Assembly: GCA_012295275.1 (NCBI GenBank)
Contig: CM022670.1
Location: 4,774,001 to 4,838,000, forward strand
From: Chrysomallon squamiferum
Taxonomy: Eukaryota > Animalia > Mollusca
Length of the DNA stretch: 64,000 nucleotides
Direction of reading: 5' to 3'
In this document: positions 1 through 14,173 of the stretch, one piece after another
Numbering within the stretch: the stretch's first letter is position 1
Layout of the letters: each line of letters opens with the position of its first letter
The notes under the pieces: generated by a model
What the model saw: the letters and a program-made list of their open reading frames with translations, nothing else
The model's database searches: none
Told to the model about the DNA's origin: nothing
Made by a program: the position numbers and the translations under genes

Positions 1-740
1 AATAATACATAACAGTATTCCAGTTTGAATTCTCAAACTATAAATGTATCTGAAAGTGCCATTAACTAGATGACATTATAACAGTGTACATTGTGTATTC
101 AGTTATTTTCTATTTTACTTTTTATTTTATTTTATTTATTTATTTTTTTTTTTTTGTTGTTGTTGTTTATTTGCTAGTCAATGGATTTTTTTTTTTTTTT
201 TAATTAATATTATTGTTTTCCTTCTTTTTTTATGTTTTAAATTATAATTAATAGTTGAATATTAAATCTTATCAGTGAAATCCAAAATTAAATTTAAGAA
301 AAAATAAAAACAGATCATTGATTCACTCCAGTGGTAAAAATAAAAGAAAGTATAATTGTACACATACATATCTAAAATAACTTATAATAATGCATTTATC
401 CCATTGCTATATTTTGTTATTTGTTAATACTGTTAGTGAATGTCAGTATTTGATTGAAGATATATTATTATTTTTTTTTGAATTCCATAAGGAGAAAGAA
501 ACAGTTCTGTTCATGAATTCATTTTTGATGTATATTTAAATACACTGGCTGCAATATATCTAAATAGCTGCTTCTTTTAATCTGAAAATAATACTGATTA
601 AGAAGGTAGGAAAGGTATCTGTATAATTTATTTGCTTTGTAAATTAATTTGTTAAATGAAAAATAAAAATGATGATTACTATCTTGTTGGTTTTTTTTCA
701 TTATTTAACTGGATGCAATTTAGTTTTCTATTTTGTGTTT

Positions 741-826
741 TGGATTATTTTAATTTAATTATTTAAATGTATATTTTTTTTTTTTTTGGATTATTTTAAT
801 TTAATTATTTAAATGTATATTTTTTT
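741..826. repeat. About 46-bp tandem duplication
   Basis: tggattattttaatttaattatttaaatgtatattttttt occurs twice. Confidence 0.85.
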
Positions 827-872
827 ACTTAGCAATTTGGAATGTTTTCATAGATGTCTTTATTTATATATA

Positions 873-919
<47 letters not shown>

Positions 920-1593
920 ATACATACATACAAATACATACACAAACATATATACATACATACATATACATTTTTGTAGCAGTTGTAGTAATAATTACGA
1001 AAACAGTGTTTAACTTATTAACTTATTTTCTTATTTATATATTTTTGTATGCATTTATAAGGTAATAAGCACACACACCCATATAATACAAAACATACAT
1101 AAACATACACACAGCTACATATTTCATAACACTTTAAAAATCACTCACTGTCATCTCATCTCAGCCTCCAGTTATAAACAAAAGATGCCTGTTTGAAAAT
1201 AGAAAATGCAAAAGAGAAACAGCTTAGTGAAATACTGCAGATATTTTGCATTGTGAGAAGCTTGTCATCATATCTCCATCTCTGTTTACCTCTGTCATTC
1301 TGTGCAGGACTCAGTCATGATAGGTATTTAATAATGATGTTTGACATGTAATTTGTCAACAATGGGAGAATGTTTAAAGTGTTGTTTAAAGCTGATCAAA
1401 CAGTGTGTAGCTAATGCATACAATATTGAGCCAAACAGATACTAAAAAGCAATGACATTTGATGTTTGGCATTAGATCATGTAGACTGGTATTCTGGCAC
1501 TGCATTCAAGTCATATGTCATAATCCATCATCTGGCTCCACATTTTTCTGGAATCTGGTGTAGCCAAATAATGTCAGACATTTTGTATTAGAC

Positions 1594-1632
<39 letters not shown>

Positions 1633-4600
1633 AATTTTTGTCACTTATTATTATTATTTTTTTTTTTTTTTTTTTTGATGATGTTGTTTGAGGTTTCAGA
1701 TGAGTTGTACTGTTGGTTTTCGTTTTTGAATTTTATATGGTTGTAGCAGAATTTTGTTTTTGTTTTGGCTTCCTCCATTATTTTATCTATTCTTAAACAT
1801 TTACTATTACTACTACTGCTACTGCTACTGCTACTGTTATTAATATTATTATTATCAGTATTATCATTATTATTATTGTTATTCTTAATATTTAATTTTT
1901 ATTTTATTTGTTTTTTTACATTCAGTTGTTTTTTTATTTATTTATTTTTTTGAATCTCATTTTAGCATACACAAATTTCTTATCAATCAAAATGTTCTTC
2001 AGTAAGAGGCATACATACATTTATAAAGGATTCACAATTAAGTTTAAATTTTAAATTGACAAGTAGTTATATTGGAAATATGGAAATAGTACCAGAAACC
2101 ATTCATAAAAACAGTCTGTCTCTTCTGGAACAAACAATAATACTTTTCTTTCTTTTTTATATTTAAAAAAAAAAAGAAGTAAATGTTATAGATAACAAAT
2201 TTCTCCCATCCACTATCGACCATAAACATTCAGCACTATCCCTTAGAACAAACTCAAACACAGCTAACGTTGGTTCTGGTCTTAACACAGTTCCTCAGTT
2301 GATTGACCAGAGATGTCTTCTGTGGTGGTCATCATCCACATACATCATTCTGGACATGTCTGGAGTGTTTTCAGCATTCTGACCTCACAGGCTCTGCCTG
2401 TTTGGGGAGGGATTACTTCAGATTATACACACCCAAGTCATCTCTTTTGTACTTTTTACCTTTCTAACCTGTCTGCAGGTAACAAAAGATGCCTACACTT
2501 AAAAACCTGGCTGGAGTTTGTTTTGATGGACAAGTCAGCATGGGTGAGATTGGTCAGTTGTGAAATGCCTGCAGAGTCCAGTGACAGTTCGGACATCACT
2601 GTCCACCCTTGTGTGCTAAAAAGGATGACCTTTTAAAAAGAGATTAACTTTAGAATTCGAAATGACCTTGCTGGGAAGAGTTATTTACAATCCTGTGTAT
2701 GTTTTTGTTGGTTGGATTTCATTTACATTGTGGAATGATGATAACACAAGGTTTTGGACAAAAAAACACTGAAATTCAGAAGAAAATAAAGACTGAATTT
2801 TAATATTAATAGCTGTTATGATCAAACAGTGTTTTTTTGCTATGAAATCTGACAGAACATAATTATAGACTATTTTATTACATTAGAAACCTTCATTATT
2901 TAGTAACAATTTAAAGAGCTCTGACAAGAATGGGAAATATCAAAATGTTATATGAAAATAGCTTTACCAACTCTGTCTAGTAAATCTCACTTATTAAACT
3001 TTAACCTCTGCAAACATTAGTGATTTGTATACCTGTCCAGTAAAACACACAAAAACACACACACACACACACACGCCTATATGTATGCACATGCACATAA
3101 TTATGTACATTCACAAATAGACAAAACATGCATGCACACACACACATACACACATACCACATGTGTATATGTGTATTTATTCAGCTACAATTATTTGTCT
3201 TCATGATTTTTACTAGCAGAAATCTTTAATACATAATCAACTAAAAAAACCATTTTATCCACACTTCCATCCATCAATTCACTCCTCTCTGAAAGAGTTT
3301 GTCTGTTCATACTAATCCATCCATGTGACTTGTATTACTAAAACAAAAAAAAAAAAAAAAATCTATAAAACAACATCAAATCCTGTATTTCTTTATTATA
3401 ACACACTGGTTTGTTTTAAATTGATAATCATTTCGGTTTCACATCAACATAATGACAAACAATATTTCTCTTTGCTCAGTTCTGTGGCTTTTTGATTAAG
3501 TCTGTGGGAAGCCATATCACAATGTAATCCCATTGTTTCTCCAAGTATGATTAAACTCCGTGCTTGCTTTTTGGATCAGATTACATTTGAATATTTAATA
3601 AACAGATTAAATCCGCTCTTTACTGACCTCGGCCACAACACCAGCACACACTGCAACTGGACCCTGTGACACCTTCAACTGCGGTGTTTGCTGCACAAAC
3701 ATGAACACAGAATAAAGTTTTCCTTTCTCCAGCTTTGTCTGAAATCTCTGTTTATTTGTTCCAGCAAATCTTGAGGCTTTTTAAAAAACACTGTGACATT
3801 GTCCTTACACTGCTTATGATAAAGTTACTGGATCTTTTTTTAAGTTATCTTTAAATAAAATCTATTTAAAACTGATTAAATAATAATTTGTAAAAAAAAA
3901 AAAAAAAAAAAAAAGAATTGAAAGAAAAGCATATAAAAATGTATTTAAGGAATAGAATTCTCATTTAGTAAAATGGTTTGTTACTGTTTTTGTTGTTATG
4001 TTACCTAGCTGCTGTTTTTAGTGATAATGATAATGTACTTTTATGGGTTATTTTTTTTTTGTTGTTGTTGTTTTTTTCCTTTTCTTCTCCTTTACCTTTT
4101 TCTCTGTTTTCTCTGCAGAAATTGTAGGCGATTCTTTTCATTAATAGATTTATTTAAATTTCCTCTTCTTTTTTATTTTACTGTTTGCTGAAAAGGTAAA
4201 ATTAGTTTTCTGTTATCCAAGTCATTTATTTGCTTATTTCAAAGCTGAATAGTGAAACAAAATCAACAACATTTGCATCAACCTGATCTTCTGTCTGTCA
4301 TGGTGTCTGTATGTCTCTGTCACTTTCATTGTTTGGCATTTGCCATTTGATTTTTTTTCTCCATTTCTCATTAAGTAACATACAGAATTAAACACACACA
4401 CACACAGAGACAGAGAGAGAGTCAGAGAAAGACTTAATTTTGCTTTAATGATGTTAAGTGTGACACATTCATTAGTTTTATATTATCAACTGCTGAACAT
4501 GAAATCTTTTATATTTCTTTTTACTATTCATTATCAACAGAGCTTTTATAAACATTTTCCTTCAAGCAGAAAAACACACATGAGACATTAGATAAAATAA

Positions 4601-4824
4601 TAATAATAATAACAACAACAACAACAACAACAATAAAGAAAGTAAAAAGAGAAAAACATTTAAAATACATTTTAATAATAATAATAATAATAAAGGATTT
4701 GAATTAAAGGGGGATAAAAAGGATTAAAAAAATATATATTATGGCTAATACAGGAAACAGCACCATAGGCATTTATTAATCAAACATATTTACTGAATTT
4801 GAATTAGTAAGCCTCAAACAATAG

Positions 4825-5930
4825 TCTGAGCGCTAACAGATTATTGCGTGTACATTTAAATATATGGATTTTAATATGCTTACTATTATTAATATAGCAA
4901 GAAACGCTATTACAATCATTGCTCACTGGTCGATTTTCACAATCAATAAAATTAATACTGGTTAAAGAAATAGGAAATCTGGATACATGCCTATGCGCAT
5001 TCATACGAGTAATTATGCCCTTTCATGTTTCTAACCAAACGATTCATTAATTTGTATCTGATCATCAAAACGAGCCTATAAAATTATTTTATACACTATA
5101 ACGAAAACACTTCCACCTTCCCGTTATCGATGACTCATTAATAAATTACATTTATATTAATATAGTCCAGTTACAATACATTAGTTTTGACCAATGAAAA
5201 TCTAAATACTACGCATTGTCTGTTACGTTTTACGGACGCAGACGATCTTAAAGGGACCGCGACTACAAGAGTAAATCGAGAGCATCCATCGTCGACTAAG
5301 CACACGGAGAAGTGACCCTGAACAAAGCAGCGTGTATGTTTTCACAGTTGCATCTCCTGCAGCCAGTAACGCGGTCTACTGGGGGTCGCTCTAATCGCAG
5401 GGAGGGAAATACAAGATGCAGACAGCCATAAACTGTCAACAAGTCATTAGCGGCGAGGTGTAGAATTTATTTTAAAACATTTCAAACAAGGCTTAAGTGA
5501 ATAACAAAACAGATTATCGCAGTAATTTACGAGTCTTCGTTTAATATTGTTAATTAAATGAGAAACAGGAGAATTTGAAATAAAAATCACGTGTCAGTAT
5601 TTCAGTTATTTTGGAGAATATTACTAGAGGTAATACGTTAAATTGTTAAAGCTGTCGTGTTGTTATGTTGTTTATATATATATATATTGTTATTAATTAT
5701 CTTGTTCATTTGTGTATGAATGTTTTCTTTATCACAAACAATTACTGAAGATAAAAATTAAGAGGTTACAGGACTCACTCTTGCTGATTTCTATCCTACG
5801 ACTTTTTTGACCGGGTTATCAAAAATCATGGTACGTGTTTCCTTGTCACTGAGATAAGCCAATGTGCATGAAGTAAACAAAACCTCACAAAATGTCTTTT
5901 CATACCACACAACATTAAAAGAGTTCACAC
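4825..5930. promoter_or_regulatory. CpG island-like region, probable (possibly bidirectional) promoter
   Basis: About 40 CpG in 1.1 kb versus about 13 in the preceding 4.8 kb (hand count); CCAAT at 5191; candidate + strand donors GAG|GTAATA (5630) and ATG|GTACGT (5831). Confidence 0.6.
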
Positions 5931-8900
5931 GTTAATTTTGTGAATGTGTATTTTTGGGGGGGAGGGGGGTGTCTTTCGTTTATTTATTTATTTATCTATA
6001 TCCATTTCAGTAGGGGTAGACTTCTTCAACAGAGATACTACCTGAAATGTATTCCAACCACAGCTCAACAAATACACAGTACACTGTAATCATTTAAGAT
6101 ACTGAACTATTGTTTTTTTTTTTTTTTTTTTTTTAAATTAATTTGGTATTATTATTGAATATATTTAAACATCAGTCTTATAGAACTGATTTTTACAATA
6201 TTATATAGGTTATCATTTTGCTGCAAAAACTGATAGTAATAATCTTTAAATAAATCAATTTTCAAAAAACAAATATCTTATAATAATGTGTCATCCACCT
6301 CATTTGTGTTTGCTTTATTAATTGGTCAGTTGATTGTTTGTCGTGTAGTTGATATACCGCTTTTGTATCGGCTTTATTGATTGGTCAGTTTTGTACTTCT
6401 CATTAAGAGCTTACAGAAATTCTCATTGGACCAACAGAAATCAGAGAACAGCAGAAGTGAACCTGTTATCGTGTTGCTGAGATTATAAATCAGTTTACCA
6501 CTAATTATACTTTATCATCTGACTGGACAGGGCTTTTTTAATATTATGTTATGAAAAGATGGATTCTGTGAATATTTCTAGTAAAATATTACAAAATGAT
6601 ATAAACCATCAAGTTTATCTCATTGTTATAATAATCTGTTTATTATCTGATGCTGATATATTTTTAAAATGTATATTTTGTGTGTTATAATTTACTGACT
6701 ATCTAAGATGAAAGTGTATCAGTTATTTCATTTTATAAAAATAATACCATTTTGGTATTGTTGTTATTGATTGTTATTCTTATTATTATTTTTGTCTTTG
6801 TCATCATCATTTATTTATTATTTATTTACTAAAGCATGACTTATGAATGGTATATCCTTTCTATCTAAGTGGCATATAAAACATTTGCTGCTAATATATA
6901 TTTAATTAAAATATGCTTCAATAATGAATTAAATATTTTTATATATTACAAAAAGAGCCCCACAAATTTAGCAGAAAAAAAAAAGAAATTTTATCCATTT
7001 AAAAAAAACAACAACCCCCCCCCAAAACAAAGAACATTTATTATAACTATCCATAAACACAAAATTTCATGTAATATCACCTTAATGCTTACCTTAAAAT
7101 CAGTGTATAATTTTAATTTATTTACCTCGTGCCTTTCATCCTTTCTTTAACTTGCATATTATTGATGGTGCTGTGAATAAACACGGGGCATACACAATTA
7201 TTAATTACAGCATGTTTCACCAGACTTACATGTTTTGTACATTAGATATGCACCGTGTCACCTACAGCCAATAATCAACACTTGGCCACATTGTCACCAA
7301 GATCACTTCAAAGTAACACAAATATCCTACTGCACAGGATACAAACAGGTCGGCTTTCATTACCTGTTGTCATCGACAGATACAAGTGGTTTTTTCTTGG
7401 CTGTAGTGAAATGACTGTTGTGGAGAAGAAAGACAAGTCTATATGAATTGTTTAACATGTAGATGGTTCAGGCTTAGTCGACTGACTGGTTTTTCTGTGT
7501 GTTTCAGAAAAACAAAGAAGAAAGTGTGTGGAGTATGGCCAAACACACAAACTCTTTTTTGACTTTTGTCAATTTCTGATGTTTTGAAAAATGATTATTG
7601 ATTCTTGTAAAATTGATTCTTCAATTGTTTATTATTAGTAGTAGTAGTAGTATGTTTATTGTTATGTTTTTAGTCTTATTTTTTTTTTTTTTTTTTTTTT
7701 TTTTTTCATTGGTATCTTGATAAATTCATAGTTATACATGTTTGTGTATGTTTGTGTGTGTACCTCTGTTAATAAATAAATATTTATTATTTTGTTTGTT
7801 GACACATATTTTAGTTTGTGAAAATAATAAATATTATCATTGCTCATTTTAAAAATGATTTTCCTTAGTTTTATTTCTTTTTTGTTATTGTTTTGGGTTT
7901 TTTTCTTTGTTTTTTCTTTTGGCAGGAATTGGTTTTTCTTTTCTTATTCAAAATCACAACTGACATACAGGCATTATTATCTTCATTTTTGTTTTTATTA
8001 CTGTTACATTTTTTCTTCCATTTTCTCTTTTTTTCATTTTTCTTTTTGCCACTATGAACCTGTTATCTATTCACTTAATTTGATTCCTTTTATTATTTTT
8101 TTCCCTTTCCTACTGAATACATGAAATTACTGAATCAGGTAATATAATATCATGGAAGCTAATTCACAGAAATGATACGGTACTTGACTATGTGATAAAA
8201 GTTGTTTTTTTTTCTCTTCTGTTAATTATACCCAGATAACTGTTGTTAACAATCAGATGTTAATAATAGTCCAGACTTTATTAGTATTTCCCTTCTTTCT
8301 CTTCTTTCTTTTTCTTCTATTTTATGAAGAGGACTCCAGAACATGAGAGATAAAAGCAATAATAATATTGTAGGTGTTTAAATGAATGAATGGAAATAAC
8401 AACTATAATCTCACAACAGAAAGTTTTATACTGAGTTTATGATTCACAGAGAGTGGAGAAGGGTTATAATACTGAAATAGAACTGTTAAAAATTATAACC
8501 TGTATTTTATTTTATTTTATTTTATTTTATTTTATTTTGTTTTATTTTACTTTTATTTTTGTTTGTTTTTCTAATTGGAGATGTTGATTTCTGTTCAGTA
8601 ATTAGGTTGTTTTTGTAGGAGTGGCATTTCTTTTTGAATTTATTTTACTAATTTAATTTAATGATTAAATTATTTTATTTTATTTAATGATTATGTATTT
8701 ACATATTTATTTTTGATTATTTTATTGTTTTTTCTACAGAAGAAACATTTCATTCTTAATTTTTATATTTGCATTATTCACCATAAATAATCATATTGTG
8801 AAATTGGTGTAAGATATATATTAGAATTTAATATTAGCCTAAAATGAGGAAATTAAGCCTTCAGATTTGTATTTGTTTATTTATTGTGGTTATAGTGCTG

Positions 8901-9161
8901 TTATTGTTATTAAATATTTGTTTTATTTTTCATTTAAAAAAAAAAAAAAAATAAAAATAATAATAAAGTTCCCAAGCCAGGACAGCTGATATTTACAGAT
9001 ATTATCTTACTGTCTTTTGATGTGACCTAACAAGATGACCAGTGGTCAGAACATGTTATTTACACCTGAACTAATTACAGAGCTTGAAGAACACACAAAG
9101 TTTTTTTAAATTTCACACATTCTTTTACTAACTTCCATCTACCCCACACAAACTGTTTATT

Positions 9162-9215
<54 letters not shown>

Positions 9216-12200
9216 TTTATATCTCTCTGTCTCTCTCTCTTCTTTTCCCATCCCTCCCACACAGGGCAGCTTTTGATGAAGTCTGAATACCAGCACGAGA
9301 AACCAGCACCTATCCCCATCAGCAAGGAGTGACCACTTACAACAATGACCCCTAATTAGCGTGTCTTCACCCATCTGCCCGGCTAACGAGGGATGACCGG
9401 TGTTAGAGACTCCACACCCTTCAATTATGCCCAGATTAGGCAGGGCTGGGGGAATGTTTTGTTGGGGAGGAGGCACTTTGTGGGAGCTCACGCAGCTTGT
9501 AAAGTTTGTGGGCGGGTCCCAGTTGTTAGGTTTTTTTTGCCTTCCTCTCCTGCCCTCCAGGGATGTGACACATTTGGTATCTCCATGTTTTGTTGTGTTT
9601 GATGTTGATGTAGGTGACGATTGTGAATTCAAATAAGTGACAGACACGTTGTGCTGTGTTTTTACATGTGCTGTGTTTTTGCATGTTCATTTTGAAAATT
9701 AGTAATATTCAGATATTTCGTGTTTTGTTGGTTTTGCATCCATTGTAGAAAGGTTATAATTAGGATGTTTGTAATAGACTGATTTTTTTTTAAAAAATTA
9801 TTATTATTAGATTTCTTTCTTTCTTCTTGTTTTCTTTTTCCTTTTGTCCTTTTTGTTGTTGTTCTGTTGCTGCTTCTGCTTTTTTTGTTCATTCCAAACT
9901 GCCTAATTACCAAGGTTAATATAGTAGTAATGTACGCTACATTTTTAAAATAAATATTTGCATGTCTGTCCATATGTATATGTACATCTGTATATGTATG
10001 TGTCTGTCTGTATAAAATTTAACATGGTTTTAAATAGTTAAGTATGTATTTTAATTCTACATTTAATGCAGTTTTTCTTATTGCAATTCACTAATTTCCT
10101 GTTATCAGAATAAACATTTAAAAATTAAAATTTAATTTTAATGGCAATACACTAACAACAAAATCTAAATTTCATATAGTTTTAAATATAAAAAATGTTA
10201 AATGGTACCAAAGATGGATCAGAAGAAGATTAAATTTAATACAAAATTAAAATAAAAACACGTGAAGAGCACCAAAGTTGGAACAAAATAAAAACAAAAA
10301 TAAAAATCTGTTTAACATCTGTTAATTAATTGTATGGAAAATATTATTGAAAGATCTAAGAAGCCATTTTGTTTTGTCTTAAAAGGTAGTAGTCAGACCA
10401 CAGGGACTTGTATAAAGCTTTATCAGAGCCATTAGCGCTGTTTGAAAACCCAGAATTATTCAACACACTTTTATATTTCACACAGCCTCTGGCTTTTAGT
10501 AAATTAACTCCCTTGAAGTTAGTATTGTGTCTGCAGGCAGTGAGATAACTGGACACCCACCAGCATGTTTAATAAACAGTGAACAGTTTTTAACTTCTCT
10601 CTACCTTTCTCTATAGTTCTCTCTCTTGCTCCCTCACTCTTTCTCTCTGTGTGCATCTTTGTTTTATGAAAAGATAAATTCCTTATCTAATGAATTTCAT
10701 TTTTATTTTAAACCATTAATATTTGTTTTCATTTTTGTTTTAAAGAAATAATTTTTGTTGTTGTTTATAGGGGCTTGTTTTGTTGTTGTTGTTGGGGGGG
10801 GGATTTTGGTCTGGTTTTTTCCATAATTTAATCAAAAAATCATTAATTATGTTTGTTTAAATATCATTTATTTAATTATTTATTTATATGTTTGTTTGTT
10901 TGTTTCATTTCATATCATATAAAAATTATTCTTTGCAATATTTCTGAAACAAACATGTTTTTTGTTTGTTTTCTAATTTGCATTACCTTCCCCCAACATT
11001 GCTTAAGAAATTCTATCTTCCTTGTTTGTATTTCCTCCTTTCCTTCAGAGAGCCCAGACAGATATTTGTCCACTGCTATTTTAACTATTTCTTTTCAAGG
11101 AAGCTGACAAGTCTGCACATTTTAAAACACAGGACTTTGTCTTGTGAAGTTCCAGGTTGTTTTATTTTTAGAAAGAAAACCAAATTTAGACATTGTTACA
11201 AATGTTAATTGTTCTTTTTTGAACACATTGTTTTCCATTTGTCATATGTCCAACTTATGTATAATTTACCAATTTTATGCACACACGCACACACCTTTGT
11301 ACCACATGTTTATAAAATTATTATTATCATCATCATTATTATCATTATTATCATTATTACTATTATTATTATTATTAAAACTTTTTTATTTTTATTTTTT
11401 ATTTTTTGTTGTTGTTGGTGTTGTTTTATGCTACATGTAGCAATCACTGATTATTATGTTTATGCTCTTCTGGGCAGTTCTGTCTGTTTATTTTATCACC
11501 CGGTCTGTCACAACATGTAACTTCTAGTGTTAAACCAGTGTGTTTGCTGTTTCACTACTTCATTATTTCTGCTTGCTGGAGATGAACTTACTATCACTTA
11601 GTCCATGTAATAAATTTGATAACACACACTGAGTGGTGTGTAACCCAGGTAGAAATGTTTTTTTAATGATGCACTTAACATTATATTTTTTAGTCTACCA
11701 CTGAGCTATTGGTCATCTTGTTATGTAAGTCAGTTACTGTGTTCACATCCACATGATAAAGTAACAGGAAAAATTCTTTTGAAGTCTTTTGAATTTGCAT
11801 AATGAATTGTGAATCAGTTTAAACAATAATTATTTATTCAAAGCATTACTATCATCATCATCATGTTGTTATTGTTGTTGTTGCTTAGTTATTATTAGCA
11901 TCATCATCGTCATTTTATTATATAAGTCATTTACACATACACACATAACAAAGCAATGAAAAATGTGTGATTCTTTGCTGAACACTTATTATATTAACTG
12001 TTATGTGGTATTCATGTGCTTTCTATAAATGAAAGTTTGAGAAGAAATGAAAAAATAATGTTTTTGTTTTTTTAACAAATGCTAAGTAAAGATAAATATG
12101 TAAATGTTAATCTTGAAGTAACAGACAGTTAATACAAAATGGTCAAAACTGTTATAATGTTACATATAACTCTTACAAAGTAGTGGATATAAATCTTTTT

Positions 12201-12764
12201 AAATACATGTCACCATAAACAAGAAAGTAAATATTAATTTTGAAGTATCAGACAGTTAAAACAACCACAATGAGATGGGTAACTCTTATGAAGCAGTGGA
12301 TACAAATAGACAATAAAGTTAATATGCAACTTTTGATACATAAATAATAGGACTGTGGTTGGAATGGGAAATTGGTCATTAAACAGAACTGATCATATTA
12401 TGACATTTTACTCGTTACATGTGTGTTCTCTAAATGTACACCAGCCACTCCAATTTGCTTAATGTATACTCAAGAGCATCGATAGAACAAAGACAAAAAT
12501 AAACATTCCACAGTGTGACAAATACACATTTCACAGTCAACGTTTTGTTTCTTCCAAAGTAAATCAGGTGTAATTACAGTTAATTAGTGATGTAATTATT
12601 TATGCTAATTTATTCAGCAAATCAGAGTAAAGCCTGCTGTCAGCGTGTGTTGGAAATTGATTGCTGTATGCAAATATCCATCACCTTCTCAAAGAATAAA
12701 TTATTTAAATGGATTCTTGAACAAGCTGAAGCTTATAACAGAGCTAAATGTGAGACATGAATTG

Positions 12765-12910
12765 TTGTAGGATCAATCTCCATTAGCAACCATCTTGAAC
12801 TATTTATTGCTGTAGCCAATGCTTCACATCTGGTTTATCACATGCAATGGTGTGATTTTTACACCTATGGGAAGGTGCACATTAAAAATCATTTGTTGCT
12901 AATTAATGAA
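12765..12910 (+). mobile_element. Degenerate SINE fragment (same family)
   Basis: gtaggatcaatctcc...ctggtttatcacatgcaatggtgtg...gggaaggtgcacattaaaaatc parallels the 41.7-kb copy. Confidence 0.45.
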
Positions 12911-13894
12911 CAGCTCATGGATTATTACAGTATGATGAAGCTCTGAGTTTTAATAACATTTAACAATAAAAAATATTCACTGGATTTTTAAAAATATCTT
13001 TAAGAATGTGGGATTTGGGTTCAAACCCCAGTGGTTCTTTCACATTTTGAAATCTTACATAATGAATTGTAAATCAGTATAAATAATAATTATTCAAAGT
13101 ATTACTATCACTATCATCATCATACTTCTTCTTATTATTGTTGTGCTGTTGCTGTTACTGTCATCATCATAATTATCATCATTATAATCATCATCGTAAT
13201 CATCAGTATTATAATTATAATTAAAGTAATTAATTTTGTTTTATATTTATTTTGTTTTCCAGATAAGCTGTACAAGTGTAATTACAGAATGACAAGCCTG
13301 ATGCTGTTCAGTAAAACAGTCTGCATTAATTCTAATTAGCAAATATTTAAAGACAATTACTGTGTGTTGATTGTTTATGTTAATCTCCACTCAGAGGGTG
13401 GTTGTCTGCCCCTGTGGGACACCTGTCTAGTAGTGTCTACGTTTAGACACACTTGTGAAAAGTCACATCTCTTGTATCAGGGGTCTGAAAATTTCTATTT
13501 AGTTGATATTTTTCAAAGCATTTATTTTTAATTCTTTTTTATATACTTTTTTTTATTTTTGAAACTTTTTATTTAATGGATGAAAACTCATGGTAATACT
13601 TCTACACATTAATTTATTTTTGAAATCATTTTTTTGTTGTAGATGATGATTCGTTTTCTTTTATTTAAAACAAGTCACTTTAAAAATAATAATAATAATA
13701 GTAATATTAATAACAGTGATAATAATAACAGTAATAATAATTAAAACAAAAACAAAACAACAATAATAATAATATAATAATAATGACAGTAACAGTAATA
13801 ACAAAATTTCAACAGTAACAATAAGATGATGATTGTCTATTAACATAATTATCACAACTGTTCACAAAAATAATTTTTCATTTCCAATAGTGTA

Positions 13895-14173
13895 TTCTAG
13901 AAAACTACTAACAGTTTTCTTTTGTTCCTCTGTTGACTGTGTGAAGGCCAATGCATGTACTATATCTCTGTAAGCTGGTCTGTAACAGATTTCACAACTG
14001 TTCTCAGTAACAGTTTTACATACTACATTCTACAAAACTACTAACAGTTTTTTTTTGTTCCTCTGTTGACTGTGTGAAGGCCAATGTATGTACTATATCT
14101 CTGTAAGCTGGTCTGTAACAGATTTCACAACTGTTCTCAGTAACAGTTACACATACTACATTCTACAAAACTA
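13895..14173. repeat. 133-bp near-perfect tandem duplication
   Basis: aaaactactaacagtttt...gtgtgaaggccaatg...catactacattctac starts at 13901 and again at 14034. Confidence 0.92.

Noticed and set aside
2313-2636. 107-aa + strand ORF
   Set aside because: No recognisable homology or consistent exon boundaries.
9162-9647. 161-aa minus-strand ORF and overlapping + strand ORFs
   Set aside because: No recognisable domain, ends in a GA repeat, and open frames are expected in a GC-richer island.
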